Shown here: positions 20,328 to 29,006 of the stretch, piece after piece
How the letters are laid out: each line of letters starts with the position of its first letter
Numbering within the stretch: the first letter of the stretch is position 1
NCBI RefSeq assembly: GCF_048264985.1
Contig: NZ_JBLXCL010000009.1
Coordinates: forward strand, 3,953 to 67,952
DNA: 64,000 nt
Direction of reading: 5' to 3'
Source: Pelagibacterium sp.
Lineage (GTDB): Bacteria; Pseudomonadota; Alphaproteobacteria; Rhizobiales; Devosiaceae
The notes under the pieces: generated by a model
Database searches by the model: none
Seen by the model: the letters and a program-made list of their open reading frames with translations, nothing else
Told to the model about the DNA's origin: nothing
Translations under genes and position numbers: made by a program

Positions 20328-20984
20328 ATGTTTCGCACATTCGGACCCAACGAGTTCTGGTACATCGTGATGGCGGCGCAGTGGACGCTGGCCTTATCGG
20401 CTGTGGCTTTTGCCGGTGGCGCAGTGGGTGGCGTCGCGATCGCGCTCGGGCGGGTCTCGGCAATCAAGCCTATCCGGCTCGGAGCGCTCGCCTTCATTCG
20501 TGTTTTTCAAGGCACGCCGCTGCTCATGCAACTCTTTCTGGTATTTTTCGGCCTGAATATTTTTGGCGTGGGCATCAATCCCTGGGTGGCTGCTGCCGTC
20601 GCGCTGACATTGCATGCCAGCGCCTATCTGGGTGAAATTTGGCGCGGCTGCATTGAGGCCGTGCCGCAGGGGCAAACCGAGGCCAGTTGGGCGCTCGGTC
20701 TGGGGTACCGCCACCGGATGAGCTATGTGGTTCTGCCCCAGGCCGCCAAGATTTCTGTGGCGCCGACGGTCGGGTTTCTTGTGCAGCTCATCAAAGGCAC
20801 ATCGCTGGCATCGATCATCGGGTTTGTGGAGCTCACGCGAGCGGGGCAAATCATCAACAACGCAACATTCCAGCCGCTGACCGTGTTTTCTCTGGTCGCA
20901 GCTCTCTATTTCATCCTGTGCTGGCCACTCTCGATGTGGGCGCGGCACTTGGAAGGCCGATTCGCTGTGGCAACGAGCCGCTAA
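20328..20984 (+). CDS. Polar amino acid-type ABC permease
   Basis: VFQGTPLLMQL, EIWRGCIEAVPQGQTEAS, LIKGTSLAS. Confidence 0.92.
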   Translation: MFRTFGPNEFWYIVMAAQWTLALSAVAFAGGAVGGVAIALGRVSAIKPIRLGALAFIRVFQGTPLLMQLFLVFFGLNIFGVGINPWVAAAVALTLHASAYLGEIWRGCIEAVPQGQTEASWALGLGYRHRMSYVVLPQAAKISVAPTVGFLVQLIKGTSLASIIGFVELTRAGQIINNATFQPLTVFSLVAALYFILCWPLSMWARHLEGRFAVATSR

Positions 20985-21017
20985 AGACCAAAAAGTTCAA
21001 CCCAAGGGAGAGAGTAA

Positions 21018-21818
21018 ATGAAACTGAACAAGACGTTGATCGGGCTAGGCGCAGCAGCTGCGCTGGCCGCAGGACTAGTGGCTGGCCCCGCGTCGGCCCA
21101 AACGCCTGAAGAAATCCAGGCGCGCGGTACCGTTAATATCGGGCTGCTTGTCGACTTTCCGCCCTTCGGTATTCTCGATGAAGCGGGCAATCCAGACGGT
21201 TACGACGCCGATGTGGCACGTTTGCTGGCTGAAGATATGGGCGTTGAACTCAACCTTGTTCCCGTGACTGGCCCGAACCGCATCCCTTATCTGGTCTCAA
21301 ACCAGGTCGACATTCTCGTCGCTTCTCTGGGCATTACACCCGAGCGGGCAGAGCAGGTCGATTTCTCCGATCCTTACGCGGGTATTGAAATTTTCGTTTT
21401 TGGTGACGCGAGCGTAGAGGTAAGCGGACCGGAGGGACTTTCGGGTCAAAATATCGCCGTGGCCCGAGCGTCGACCCAGGATACTTCGATCACCGAGATC
21501 GCACCGGCGGACGCCAATATCCAGCGCTTCGATGATGATGCGACCGCGGTTCAGGCTCTGCTTTCCGGCCAGACGCCACTGATGGGTGCATCGAACGTCG
21601 TGATCAGCCAGATCGAGGCGATGGCACCTGACCGGTTCGACACCAAGTTCTCGCTGCGTCAACAAAGCCAGGCGATTGCCGTGCGTCCGGGCAGCGAAGA
21701 AATGCTGTCCTATATCAACGATTTCCTTGCTCGCGTGAAAGAGGACGGAAGCATCAACGCCCTGCATGAAGAATGGGTCGGCGGTCCGCTGCCTGAATTC
21801 GTCATCTCCGGGCAATAA
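21018..21818 (+). CDS. Polar amino acid-type ABC solute-binding protein (SBP_bac_3)
   Basis: Signal peptide; [31 protein letters not shown]. Confidence 0.92.
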   Translation: MKLNKTLIGLGAAAALAAGLVAGPASAQTPEEIQARGTVNIGLLVDFPPFGILDEAGNPDGYDADVARLLAEDMGVELNLVPVTGPNRIPYLVSNQVDILVASLGITPERAEQVDFSDPYAGIEIFVFGDASVEVSGPEGLSGQNIAVARASTQDTSITEIAPADANIQRFDDDATAVQALLSGQTPLMGASNVVISQIEAMAPDRFDTKFSLRQQSQAIAVRPGSEEMLSYINDFLARVKEDGSINALHEEWVGGPLPEFVISGQ

Positions 21819-21841
21819 CAGAACGCGCGAAAGGACACGCC

Positions 21842-22603
21842 ATGGTCACGAACGCTAAAGGCAACGCTGGCAATGCCGCCGTCGAGATGGCTGGCGTCGA
21901 GAAATGGTATGGCTCCTTTCATGCGCTCAGATCCATTGATCTCACGGTCGCGCGCGGCGAAAAAATCGTCGTGTGCGGCCCGTCAGGGTCGGGGAAATCT
22001 ACGCTGATCCGCTGCATAAACCAGCTAGAAAGCGTGCACGAAGGCAAGATTACAGTCGATGGAATCGAGCTGACCGCTGGACCAAAGAACGTTGAGACAG
22101 TGCGCCGCGACGTTGGAATGGTGTTCCAGCAGTTCAACCTCTTCCCGCATATGACAGTGCTGGAAAACTGCATGCTTGCACCCATGAAGGTGCGCGGCAC
22201 GAGCAGAGCCGAAGCAGACGCTACGGCACGCAGATATCTCGAACGCGTTCGCATTCCCGAACAGGCGGACAAGTATCCTGCTCAGCTTTCGGGCGGTCAG
22301 CAGCAGCGTGTGGCCATCGCGCGCGCGCTGTGCATGAATCCCAAAATCATGCTCTTCGATGAGCCGACATCGGCGCTCGATCCCGAAATGGTCAATGAAG
22401 TTCTCGACACGATGATCGATTTGGCGCGGGAGGGCATGACAATGCTCGTCGTGACCCACGAGATGGGGTTCGCCCGTAAGGTTGCAGATCGCGTCATCTT
22501 CATGGACAAGGGTGAGATAGTGGAAATCGGAGAGCCCGAGAGCTTTTTTTCCAATCCGCAGAACGAGCGGACAAAGACATTTTTGGGGCAGATCGCTCAT
22601 TAG
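21842..22603 (+). CDS. Amino acid ABC ATP-binding protein
   Basis: [35 protein letters not shown]. Confidence 0.95.
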   Translation: MVTNAKGNAGNAAVEMAGVEKWYGSFHALRSIDLTVARGEKIVVCGPSGSGKSTLIRCINQLESVHEGKITVDGIELTAGPKNVETVRRDVGMVFQQFNLFPHMTVLENCMLAPMKVRGTSRAEADATARRYLERVRIPEQADKYPAQLSGGQQQRVAIARALCMNPKIMLFDEPTSALDPEMVNEVLDTMIDLAREGMTMLVVTHEMGFARKVADRVIFMDKGEIVEIGEPESFFSNPQNERTKTFLGQIAH

Positions 22604-22655
22604 AGTCGACCGGTTTTTGGATCGGGCACCCCGGACAACACGCAGAGAGACACTC

Positions 22656-23597
22656 ATGGCCGAGCCCATCCTGACATTTGATACCCTACTTGAGCCGATC
22701 GGCTCCGAACTTGCAGCGCACTATGAGTTGATTTCCGCTGACGACCCTCGGGTACAGGACCGACTGGCCGATTTTCGCATCGCCATGACCAATGGTGGGC
22801 TGGGGATGGAAAGTGCGTGGATCGAGAAACTTCCGAATCTTGAATTGATAGCGGTCAACGGCGTGGGCACCGACAGGATCGACCTCGATCTGTGCGCCTC
22901 GCGGTCGATCCACGTGGCCACCACACTCGGCGTGCTGACTGACGATGTCGCCGACATGGCGATGGGACTGGTGATCGCTGCGTTGCGCGAACTCGGCCAA
23001 GGACAGGATTTCGTGCGATCGGGGCAATGGGCGCAAGGCAAGAAAATGAAGCTGGCGCGGAGTTTGAAAGGGCGAAAGTTCGGCATAGTTGGACTGGGCG
23101 CCATCGGGCAGGCGATCGGGCAACGCGCCGAAGCTTTCAAATTCGATATCGGTTTCTGGAACCGCTCGGAAAAGTCTGTTGCAGGGTGGACGGCGTTTGG
23201 TTCACCAGCGGCACTTGCCACGTGGGCAGACGTCATCGTTGTTGCGGTGGCAGCCACACCGCAGACGCAAGGGATTATCGACAGGGATGTCATTGCCGCA
23301 TTGGGCAGCGATGGGTTTGTCGTCAACATCGCGCGCGGCAGTGTGATTGATGAAGCCGCTTTGCTCGACGCTCTTGAAGCAAAGGCGATTGCTGGGGCCG
23401 GGCTCGATGTTTTTCTCAATGAGCCTGTAATTGATAAGCGCTTCCTCAACCTCGACAACGTTTTTGTCGTCCCTCACCAGGGTAGCGCCACGATTGAGAC
23501 CCGGACGCGTATGGCGCAAACGGTCAAGGACAATATCGACGCCTATTGCGCAGGCGAAGTGCCACCCACTTCCGTTACGGCAAAACACTTCAGCTAA
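22656..23597 (+). CDS. D-isomer-specific 2-hydroxyacid dehydrogenase (2-ketogluconate/hydroxypyruvate reductase-like)
   Basis: NGVGTD, GIVGLGAIG, NIARGSV, GLDVFLNEP, PHQGSAT. Confidence 0.9.
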   Translation: MAEPILTFDTLLEPIGSELAAHYELISADDPRVQDRLADFRIAMTNGGLGMESAWIEKLPNLELIAVNGVGTDRIDLDLCASRSIHVATTLGVLTDDVADMAMGLVIAALRELGQGQDFVRSGQWAQGKKMKLARSLKGRKFGIVGLGAIGQAIGQRAEAFKFDIGFWNRSEKSVAGWTAFGSPAALATWADVIVVAVAATPQTQGIIDRDVIAALGSDGFVVNIARGSVIDEAALLDALEAKAIAGAGLDVFLNEPVIDKRFLNLDNVFVVPHQGSATIETRTRMAQTVKDNIDAYCAGEVPPTSVTAKHFS

Positions 23598-23658
23598 GCG
23601 CCCATGAGCTTATTGGCCGTACAGTGAGGCTGTCCGGGTAGCTCGGCGGAGGCTGGGG

Positions 23659-23890
23659 ATGAGCAATCACTTCGGATCGTTAGCGGGCAAACGCGTACTC
23701 TATACGGTCCCTGCCGGCGGCCTGGGGTTGCCGACGACGTTGGGGGCCCACGAACAACGCATCATGGGCAGTCAAGCGATCAAGCGCCGTGGCCGTCCGG
23801 GTGACATTGCCAATGCCATAATGTTTCTGGCATCGGATTCCGCCGAGTTCATTACCGGTCAGACCATCAATGTCGATGGTGGCTGGACAA
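23659..23890 (+). pseudogene. Internally deleted SDR remnant
   Basis: Degenerate N-terminus (LAGKRVLYTVPAGGLG) is joined directly to the SDR C-terminus (IKRRGRPGDIANAIMFLASDSAEFITGQTINVDGGW). The NNAG and YxxxK core is missing and the frame runs on antisense into glmS. Confidence 0.8.
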
Positions 23891-23907
23891 TGGAATTGGC
23901 AGCGAGG

Positions 23908-25734
23908 TCATTCCACAGTTACCGATTTTGCCAGGTTGCGGGGGCGATCGACGTCGAAATTTCGCGCCACAGCGGTGTGATAGGCCAGCAATTGCATGGG
24001 TATTGCCGAAACAATTGGTGCGATTGCGGGATCGACTTGGGGCAATACGATGAGATCGTCGACATCATTGCCTGCAGTGGCAGCGCCTTGTGGATCAGTG
24101 ATCAGAATGACATGTGCTCCCCGCGCGGCAACTTCCTTGAGATTGGAGAGTGTCTTTTCAAACAACTCATCGGTTGGCGCGAGAACGATTATGGGCGTGC
24201 CCTTTTCAACAAGGGCGATAGGGCCGTGCTTTAGCTCACCCGCTGCATAGCCTTCGGCATGAATGTAAGAGATTTCCTTGAGCTTGAGCGCCCCTTCTAA
24301 AGCCAACGGATAAAACGTGCCGCGTCCGAGATAAAGAACGTCACGGGCACCGGCCAGTCGTTTAGCAATCTCGCTCAGGTGCGGTTCGATCTTTAAAGCT
24401 TCGAAAAGCGCCGTTGGAAGCATCATGAGCGCCGCGATGCGCTTGCGCAGAGTGTCAGGGTCGAGCGTACCCCGCAATTGGGCGGCCCTGAGCGCAAGGC
24501 ACAAGAGGATAGCGAGTTGGGATGTGAAGGCCTTGGTGGAGGCAACGCCGATTTCGGCACCGCACAACAGCGGAAAAATAGCTCCGGATTCCCTTGCCAT
24601 TGTCGACTCTTCGACATTGACGACCGAGACAATGTGCTGGCCGTTTTCTGCACAGTGTCGCAGCGCAGCAAGACTGTCGGCAGTCTCGCCCGATTGAGAA
24701 ATCATTAGGGCAAGTCCGCCTTCTATCAAGCGAGGGTGGCGGTAGCGGAACTCGGAGGCGATGTCGATATCGAAGGGCAATGCCGCATAGTGCTCAAACC
24801 AGTATTTGGCTGTGGCGCCAGCATAATAGGCGGATCCGCAAGCCGCTGCAGTAATGCGCGGCAGGGCCGCGAAATCGAATTCGAGTGCAGGCAGGTCACG
24901 CAATGTGCCGGTGGTGGCGTCCACGAACTGGTTGATGGCGCGCGAAATCGTTTCGGGCTGTTCGTGTATTTCCTTGGCCATAAAATGAGGATAGGGAAAT
25001 TTGTCGGCCAGCTCTGCATAGGCGCCGAGCGCGCGTGCGGGGCGCTCGACGCGCAGACCAAGATCGTTAAATATCTCGGCACCCTCAGGCGTGACAACTG
25101 CCCAATCGCCATCCTCAAAATAGGTGATGGTCCGCGATAATGGTGCAAGGGCCAGTGCGTCAGAGCCTATGTACATTTCATTGTCACCATACCCCATGGC
25201 CAATGGCGACCCGCGCCGCGCCGCGATCAGTTCGCGACCATTGCCCTTGAACAGAAACAACAATGCATATGAGCCGCGCAACTGGGCCAATGTCGTCTGC
25301 ACAGCCTCGCGCCCGGTGGCACCATTGTCCATTTCCCGTGTCGCCAAAAGTGCGACAACCTCGGTGTCCGTCTCGGTTACTGTGCGATAGCCTGCCGCTG
25401 CCAGATCGGCGCGCAACTGCATGTAGTTTTCAATGATGCCGTTGTGAACCACGGCAACGTGCTGTGTGCTGTGAGGATGGGCATTGTCCTCTGTCGCTGC
25501 GCCGTGCGTGGCCCATCGTGTGTGCCCGATGCCAATCTTTCCCTCCTGGGGCGTCAGATCGAGCTTGGCTGCCAGATTTTCGAGCTTGCCTTGAGCGCGA
25601 CACCTTACGATCGAACCGGCAACCTGTGTTGCGATACCGGCACTGTCATAGCCGCGATATTCAAGTCGTGTCAGTGCGCTCACCAGTCGATCCGCTACTG
25701 GCCGATTGCCTGCTATCCCGACGATTCCGCACAT
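23908..25734 (-). CDS. glmS: Glutamine--fructose-6-phosphate aminotransferase
   Basis: MCGIVG (catalytic Cys1), RLEYRGYDSAG, GHTRWATHG, SQSGET, VASTKAF, ELKHGPIAL, RNLAKSVTVE. Confidence 0.97.
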   Translation of the reverse strand: MCGIVGIAGNRPVADRLVSALTRLEYRGYDSAGIATQVAGSIVRCRAQGKLENLAAKLDLTPQEGKIGIGHTRWATHGAATEDNAHPHSTQHVAVVHNGIIENYMQLRADLAAAGYRTVTETDTEVVALLATREMDNGATGREAVQTTLAQLRGSYALLFLFKGNGRELIAARRGSPLAMGYGDNEMYIGSDALALAPLSRTITYFEDGDWAVVTPEGAEIFNDLGLRVERPARALGAYAELADKFPYPHFMAKEIHEQPETISRAINQFVDATTGTLRDLPALEFDFAALPRITAAACGSAYYAGATAKYWFEHYAALPFDIDIASEFRYRHPRLIEGGLALMISQSGETADSLAALRHCAENGQHIVSVVNVEESTMARESGAIFPLLCGAEIGVASTKAFTSQLAILLCLALRAAQLRGTLDPDTLRKRIAALMMLPTALFEALKIEPHLSEIAKRLAGARDVLYLGRGTFYPLALEGALKLKEISYIHAEGYAAGELKHGPIALVEKGTPIIVLAPTDELFEKTLSNLKEVAARGAHVILITDPQGAATAGNDVDDLIVLPQVDPAIAPIVSAIPMQLLAYHTAVARNFDVDRPRNLAKSVTVE

Positions 25735-25800
25735 GATCAGCTCCGAGGTGAGGATTGATGGGTTCAATTGCCTTGGTAAGCGAGGCAGGCTGGCCAATTA

Positions 25801-25814
25801 TTGACAATCGTCAA
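25801..25814. promoter_or_regulatory. FixK/FNR-type box in the glmS / T1SS divergent region
   Basis: TTGAC-AATC-GTCAA, with perfectly palindromic arms and 14-bp geometry. Confidence 0.7.
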
Positions 25815-25875
25815 GGTCACAGCAGCGCTGTGTGGGAAAACCGATTTCACGCGCGTGTTTTCTGGAACCAAGATC

Positions 25876-27594
25876 ATGGCATCAAACGATAATCACGGAC
25901 GCAAACTCCGCAAACCTTCCGGGCGCGGTTCTATCCTGGGACTCGGACTTTTAAGCATTATCTCGAACCTGCTGTTGTTGACCGGACCGCTGTTCATGCT
26001 GCAGGTCTACGACAGGGTGCTCGCCAGCAAGTCAGTGCCCACATTGGCAGCGCTGACGGGGCTGGTGGTGGGGCTTTATGGCTTTTACAGCGTCGTCGAA
26101 ATTGTTCGAAGTCGCATGGCCACACGCTATTCGGTGCTTGCAGCTGCGCGTCTGACTCGCCCGGTCTTTGCAAAAGTTGTTGCCACAAGCGCGTCGTCGC
26201 GAAGGGCGATCGATGGAGATCCGATCCGCGACGTGGAGACGCTTCGTCAGTTCCTGGCGGGGGCCGGACCGATTGCCTTACTCGATTTGCCCTGGGTGCC
26301 GGTTTATCTTGCCATCATCTTTGCATTCCATCCCATGCTTGGGTGGCTGGCGGTGGCTGGGGCAGGGGTCGTCACCATTCTCATGGTCCTCAATGAATGG
26401 TCCTCGCGGGCACCCTCGCGCGATGCCAACGCTGCAGCAAATGCGCGCCAGAGCCAGCAGGCCGATATCGCTGCCAATGCCGAAGCGGTGCTGGCCATGG
26501 GAATGCGCGAAACCCTCGCCAAACGCTGGGAGGCGGCCAACACAAAGATGCTGATGACGCAGGCTCATGCCGCCGATCGCGCAACGGCTTTTTCAGCACT
26601 CACCAAAGGTTTTCGGCTGTTGTTACAATCGGCTGTACTAGCCCTGGGCGCTTATCTCGCCATTGGTGGAGACATCTCTGCCGGGCTGATGATCGCTGCC
26701 TCGATCGTCACGGCGCGGGCGCTCTCTCCGGTCGAGCAGGCGGTTTCGAACTGGCGCGGCTTTATTGCTGCGCGGCAGGCAAAGGCCAGGCTCAGGTCTA
26801 TACTTGCCGATGACAAAGGCAGCATCGATCGGGTTGCCTTGCCTTTGCCTCAGACAAGTCTTGCAGTGTCCGAGCTTGCCATATCGCCAATGCCGGATGG
26901 GCCTCCGCTGGTCACAGGGATCAGCTTTGGGCTTAAACCCGGCGAGGCTCTTGGAATTCTGGGCACCTCGGGGTGCGGAAAGTCGTCTTTGATCCGTACA
27001 TTGATGGGAATCTGGCCGGCCCGCGCCGGTGTCGTTCGGCTGGACGGGTCCGAGCTTGACCATTTCGATCCAGACCGGCTGGGCATGGCAATCGGCTATT
27101 TGCCACAGACTGTCGAATTGTTTGCTGGCACCGTTGCGCAGAACATTGCCCGATTTCGCCTTGAGGCGGAGTTTGACGATGTGCTGAAAGCAGCTCAGGC
27201 TGCCGGTGCCCACGACCTTATTGCGTCGCTGCCGCACGGTTACGACACTCCCATCGGTGTCCAGGGCGCCCTGCTTTCAGCGGGGCAGCGCCAACGCATC
27301 GGTCTGGCGCGTGCGCTTTTTGGCGACCCATTTCTTATCGTGCTCGATGAACCCAATTCAAATCTCGATGCAGCTGGCGACGCTGCGTGCAACGCGGCGA
27401 TAGCCGACGCCAAGGCGCGAGGCGCTATCGTCATTGTCGTTGCTCACCGCCCGACCGCCATCGCTGCTGTCGATACCATCCTGTTTCTTCAAGATGGCCG
27501 GCAGGCGGCCTTCGGCCCCAAGGATGCTGTCCTTGCCTCGATAACGGCGCAGCCGGCTTCACTTGAAATTGCCAGGAAAGCGAGGGTGAAATGA
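25876..27594 (+). CDS. Type I secretion ABC transporter, PrtD/AprD family
   Basis: LFMLQVYDRVL, DLPWVPVY, Walker A GTSGCGKS, LSAGQRQR, VLDEPNSNLD; no C39 peptidase domain. Confidence 0.93.
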   Translation: MASNDNHGRKLRKPSGRGSILGLGLLSIISNLLLLTGPLFMLQVYDRVLASKSVPTLAALTGLVVGLYGFYSVVEIVRSRMATRYSVLAAARLTRPVFAKVVATSASSRRAIDGDPIRDVETLRQFLAGAGPIALLDLPWVPVYLAIIFAFHPMLGWLAVAGAGVVTILMVLNEWSSRAPSRDANAAANARQSQQADIAANAEAVLAMGMRETLAKRWEAANTKMLMTQAHAADRATAFSALTKGFRLLLQSAVLALGAYLAIGGDISAGLMIAASIVTARALSPVEQAVSNWRGFIAARQAKARLRSILADDKGSIDRVALPLPQTSLAVSELAISPMPDGPPLVTGISFGLKPGEALGILGTSGCGKSSLIRTLMGIWPARAGVVRLDGSELDHFDPDRLGMAIGYLPQTVELFAGTVAQNIARFRLEAEFDDVLKAAQAAGAHDLIASLPHGYDTPIGVQGALLSAGQRQRIGLARALFGDPFLIVLDEPNSNLDAAGDAACNAAIADAKARGAIVIVVAHRPTAIAAVDTILFLQDGRQAAFGPKDAVLASITAQPASLEIARKARVK

Positions 27595-28907
27595 GCGCCA
27601 TCGACATTGAATATGTAGCTGCACGGAGCCTTGGTCGGCACGCATTGCTCGGCTCGGTTGCCATGATCTCGCTGGTCGGGCGCCTTACGTTCTGGGCGGC
27701 GGTCACTCCAATCGCGGGCGCCGTTGTTGCTGGCGGCAGCGTCGTGGTCGATGGCGGCGTGAGGCGTGTGCAGCATCAAGAAGGCGGCATCGTCAAGGAA
27801 ATCCTTGTGCACAATGATGCCGAAGTCTTGGCCGGCGAAACGCTCGTCGTGCTCGATGGTACACCGGTTGTGGCCAATATGGCTGTGATCGAGGCCCAAT
27901 TGGGCGAGGCCTATATCCGGCAGGCTCGGCTCATGGCAGAGGCCGCGGACTCGACAATCATGGCATGGCCGACCCAACTCGACACCATGCCCGAAATCGA
28001 GCGAAACCGTTTGCTGTTTGCTGCCGAAGATCGCTTAAGAGCCTCGCGGGCAGCAGCGCTTTCGACCCAGGTTGCTCAATTGGGGGAACAGATCGTCCAG
28101 CTCGAGAACCAGGTTGCCGGCTTGGACGCTCAACGCAGCGCGGTGATTGCCCAGACCGAAATCTTGGACGAGCAGCTTGAACGGCTCTCTGCACTTCTGG
28201 CTCAAGGGTTGATCGAGGCGAGCAGGGTCAGCGATTTGCGGCGACAAGTCGCGCAGCTTGACGGAGAAGGCGCCCGTATCACAACCGAGATCGCGCGCGG
28301 AAACGCAGCAACGGCTGAGCGCCGGCTGCAGATATCCCAGGTGCAAGAATCCTATCAAAGTGAAGTACTTGGGCAGTTGCAAGAAACCGGACAGCAGATT
28401 TCCGAGCTGGAGCAGCAAAGGGTAGCAGCTCAGGACCGGCTCGACAGGCTGATCATACGCGCGCCGATCTCAGGCGTCGTGCATCAGATGCAGGTGGCAA
28501 CGCTCGGCGGTATCGCGGGTGCGGGCGAAACGCTGATGCAGATCGTGCCGCTCGACGATGAAATCATGGTCGATGTGCGTATCAATCCACTCGACATCGA
28601 CAAACTCGCCACAGAACAGACGGTGACTTTGCGGCTCTCAAGCTTCAATTCCCGCTCGACGCCGGAACTTGACGGGTTGGTGGACAGGATATCGCCCGAC
28701 CTCACCCGCGACTCAGCTTCCGGCACGCAGTTTTACGTTGTCCGGGTCCGCCTGCCCGCAGAGGAACTGGACAAACTGCCGGAGACGGCGCGGCTCATCC
28801 CCGGTATGCCAGTCGAAGCGTTTTTCGCAACCGGCGAGAAGACAGTGCTAAGTTATCTCGCCAGTCCCGTAGTGGACCAGCTGGCGTTGGCGTTCCGAGA
28901 GGATTGA
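27591..28907 (+). CDS. Type I secretion membrane fusion protein, HlyD/PrtE family
   Basis: VQHQEGGIVKEILV, long coiled coil, IRAPISGVV, LIPGMPVEAF, TVLSYL. Confidence 0.93.
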   Translation: MSAIDIEYVAARSLGRHALLGSVAMISLVGRLTFWAAVTPIAGAVVAGGSVVVDGGVRRVQHQEGGIVKEILVHNDAEVLAGETLVVLDGTPVVANMAVIEAQLGEAYIRQARLMAEAADSTIMAWPTQLDTMPEIERNRLLFAAEDRLRASRAAALSTQVAQLGEQIVQLENQVAGLDAQRSAVIAQTEILDEQLERLSALLAQGLIEASRVSDLRRQVAQLDGEGARITTEIARGNAATAERRLQISQVQESYQSEVLGQLQETGQQISELEQQRVAAQDRLDRLIIRAPISGVVHQMQVATLGGIAGAGETLMQIVPLDDEIMVDVRINPLDIDKLATEQTVTLRLSSFNSRSTPELDGLVDRISPDLTRDSASGTQFYVVRVRLPAEELDKLPETARLIPGMPVEAFFATGEKTVLSYLASPVVDQLALAFRED

Positions 28908-28937
28908 CCTCGCCGTCGAGAGGCGACCTCTCAAGAG

Positions 28938-28962
28938 AAAAGGGGCCTTTGTGGCCCCTTTT
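28938..28962. terminator. Bidirectional intrinsic terminator between the convergent T1SS and RTX genes
   Basis: AAAAGGGGCC-TTTGT-GGCCCCTTTT. Confidence 0.85.
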
Positions 28963-29006
28963 CTATGTTTGGCGTTATGTATTTGCGCCCCCGAAGGGGC
29001 GACTGT

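Noticed and set aside
23659-24234. 191-aa ORF as a novel fusion protein
   Set aside because: After VDGGW it is simply antisense read-through of glmS.
25755-25767. Second FNR box TTGATGGGTTCAA
   Set aside because: The spacer is one base too short for the 14-bp geometry.
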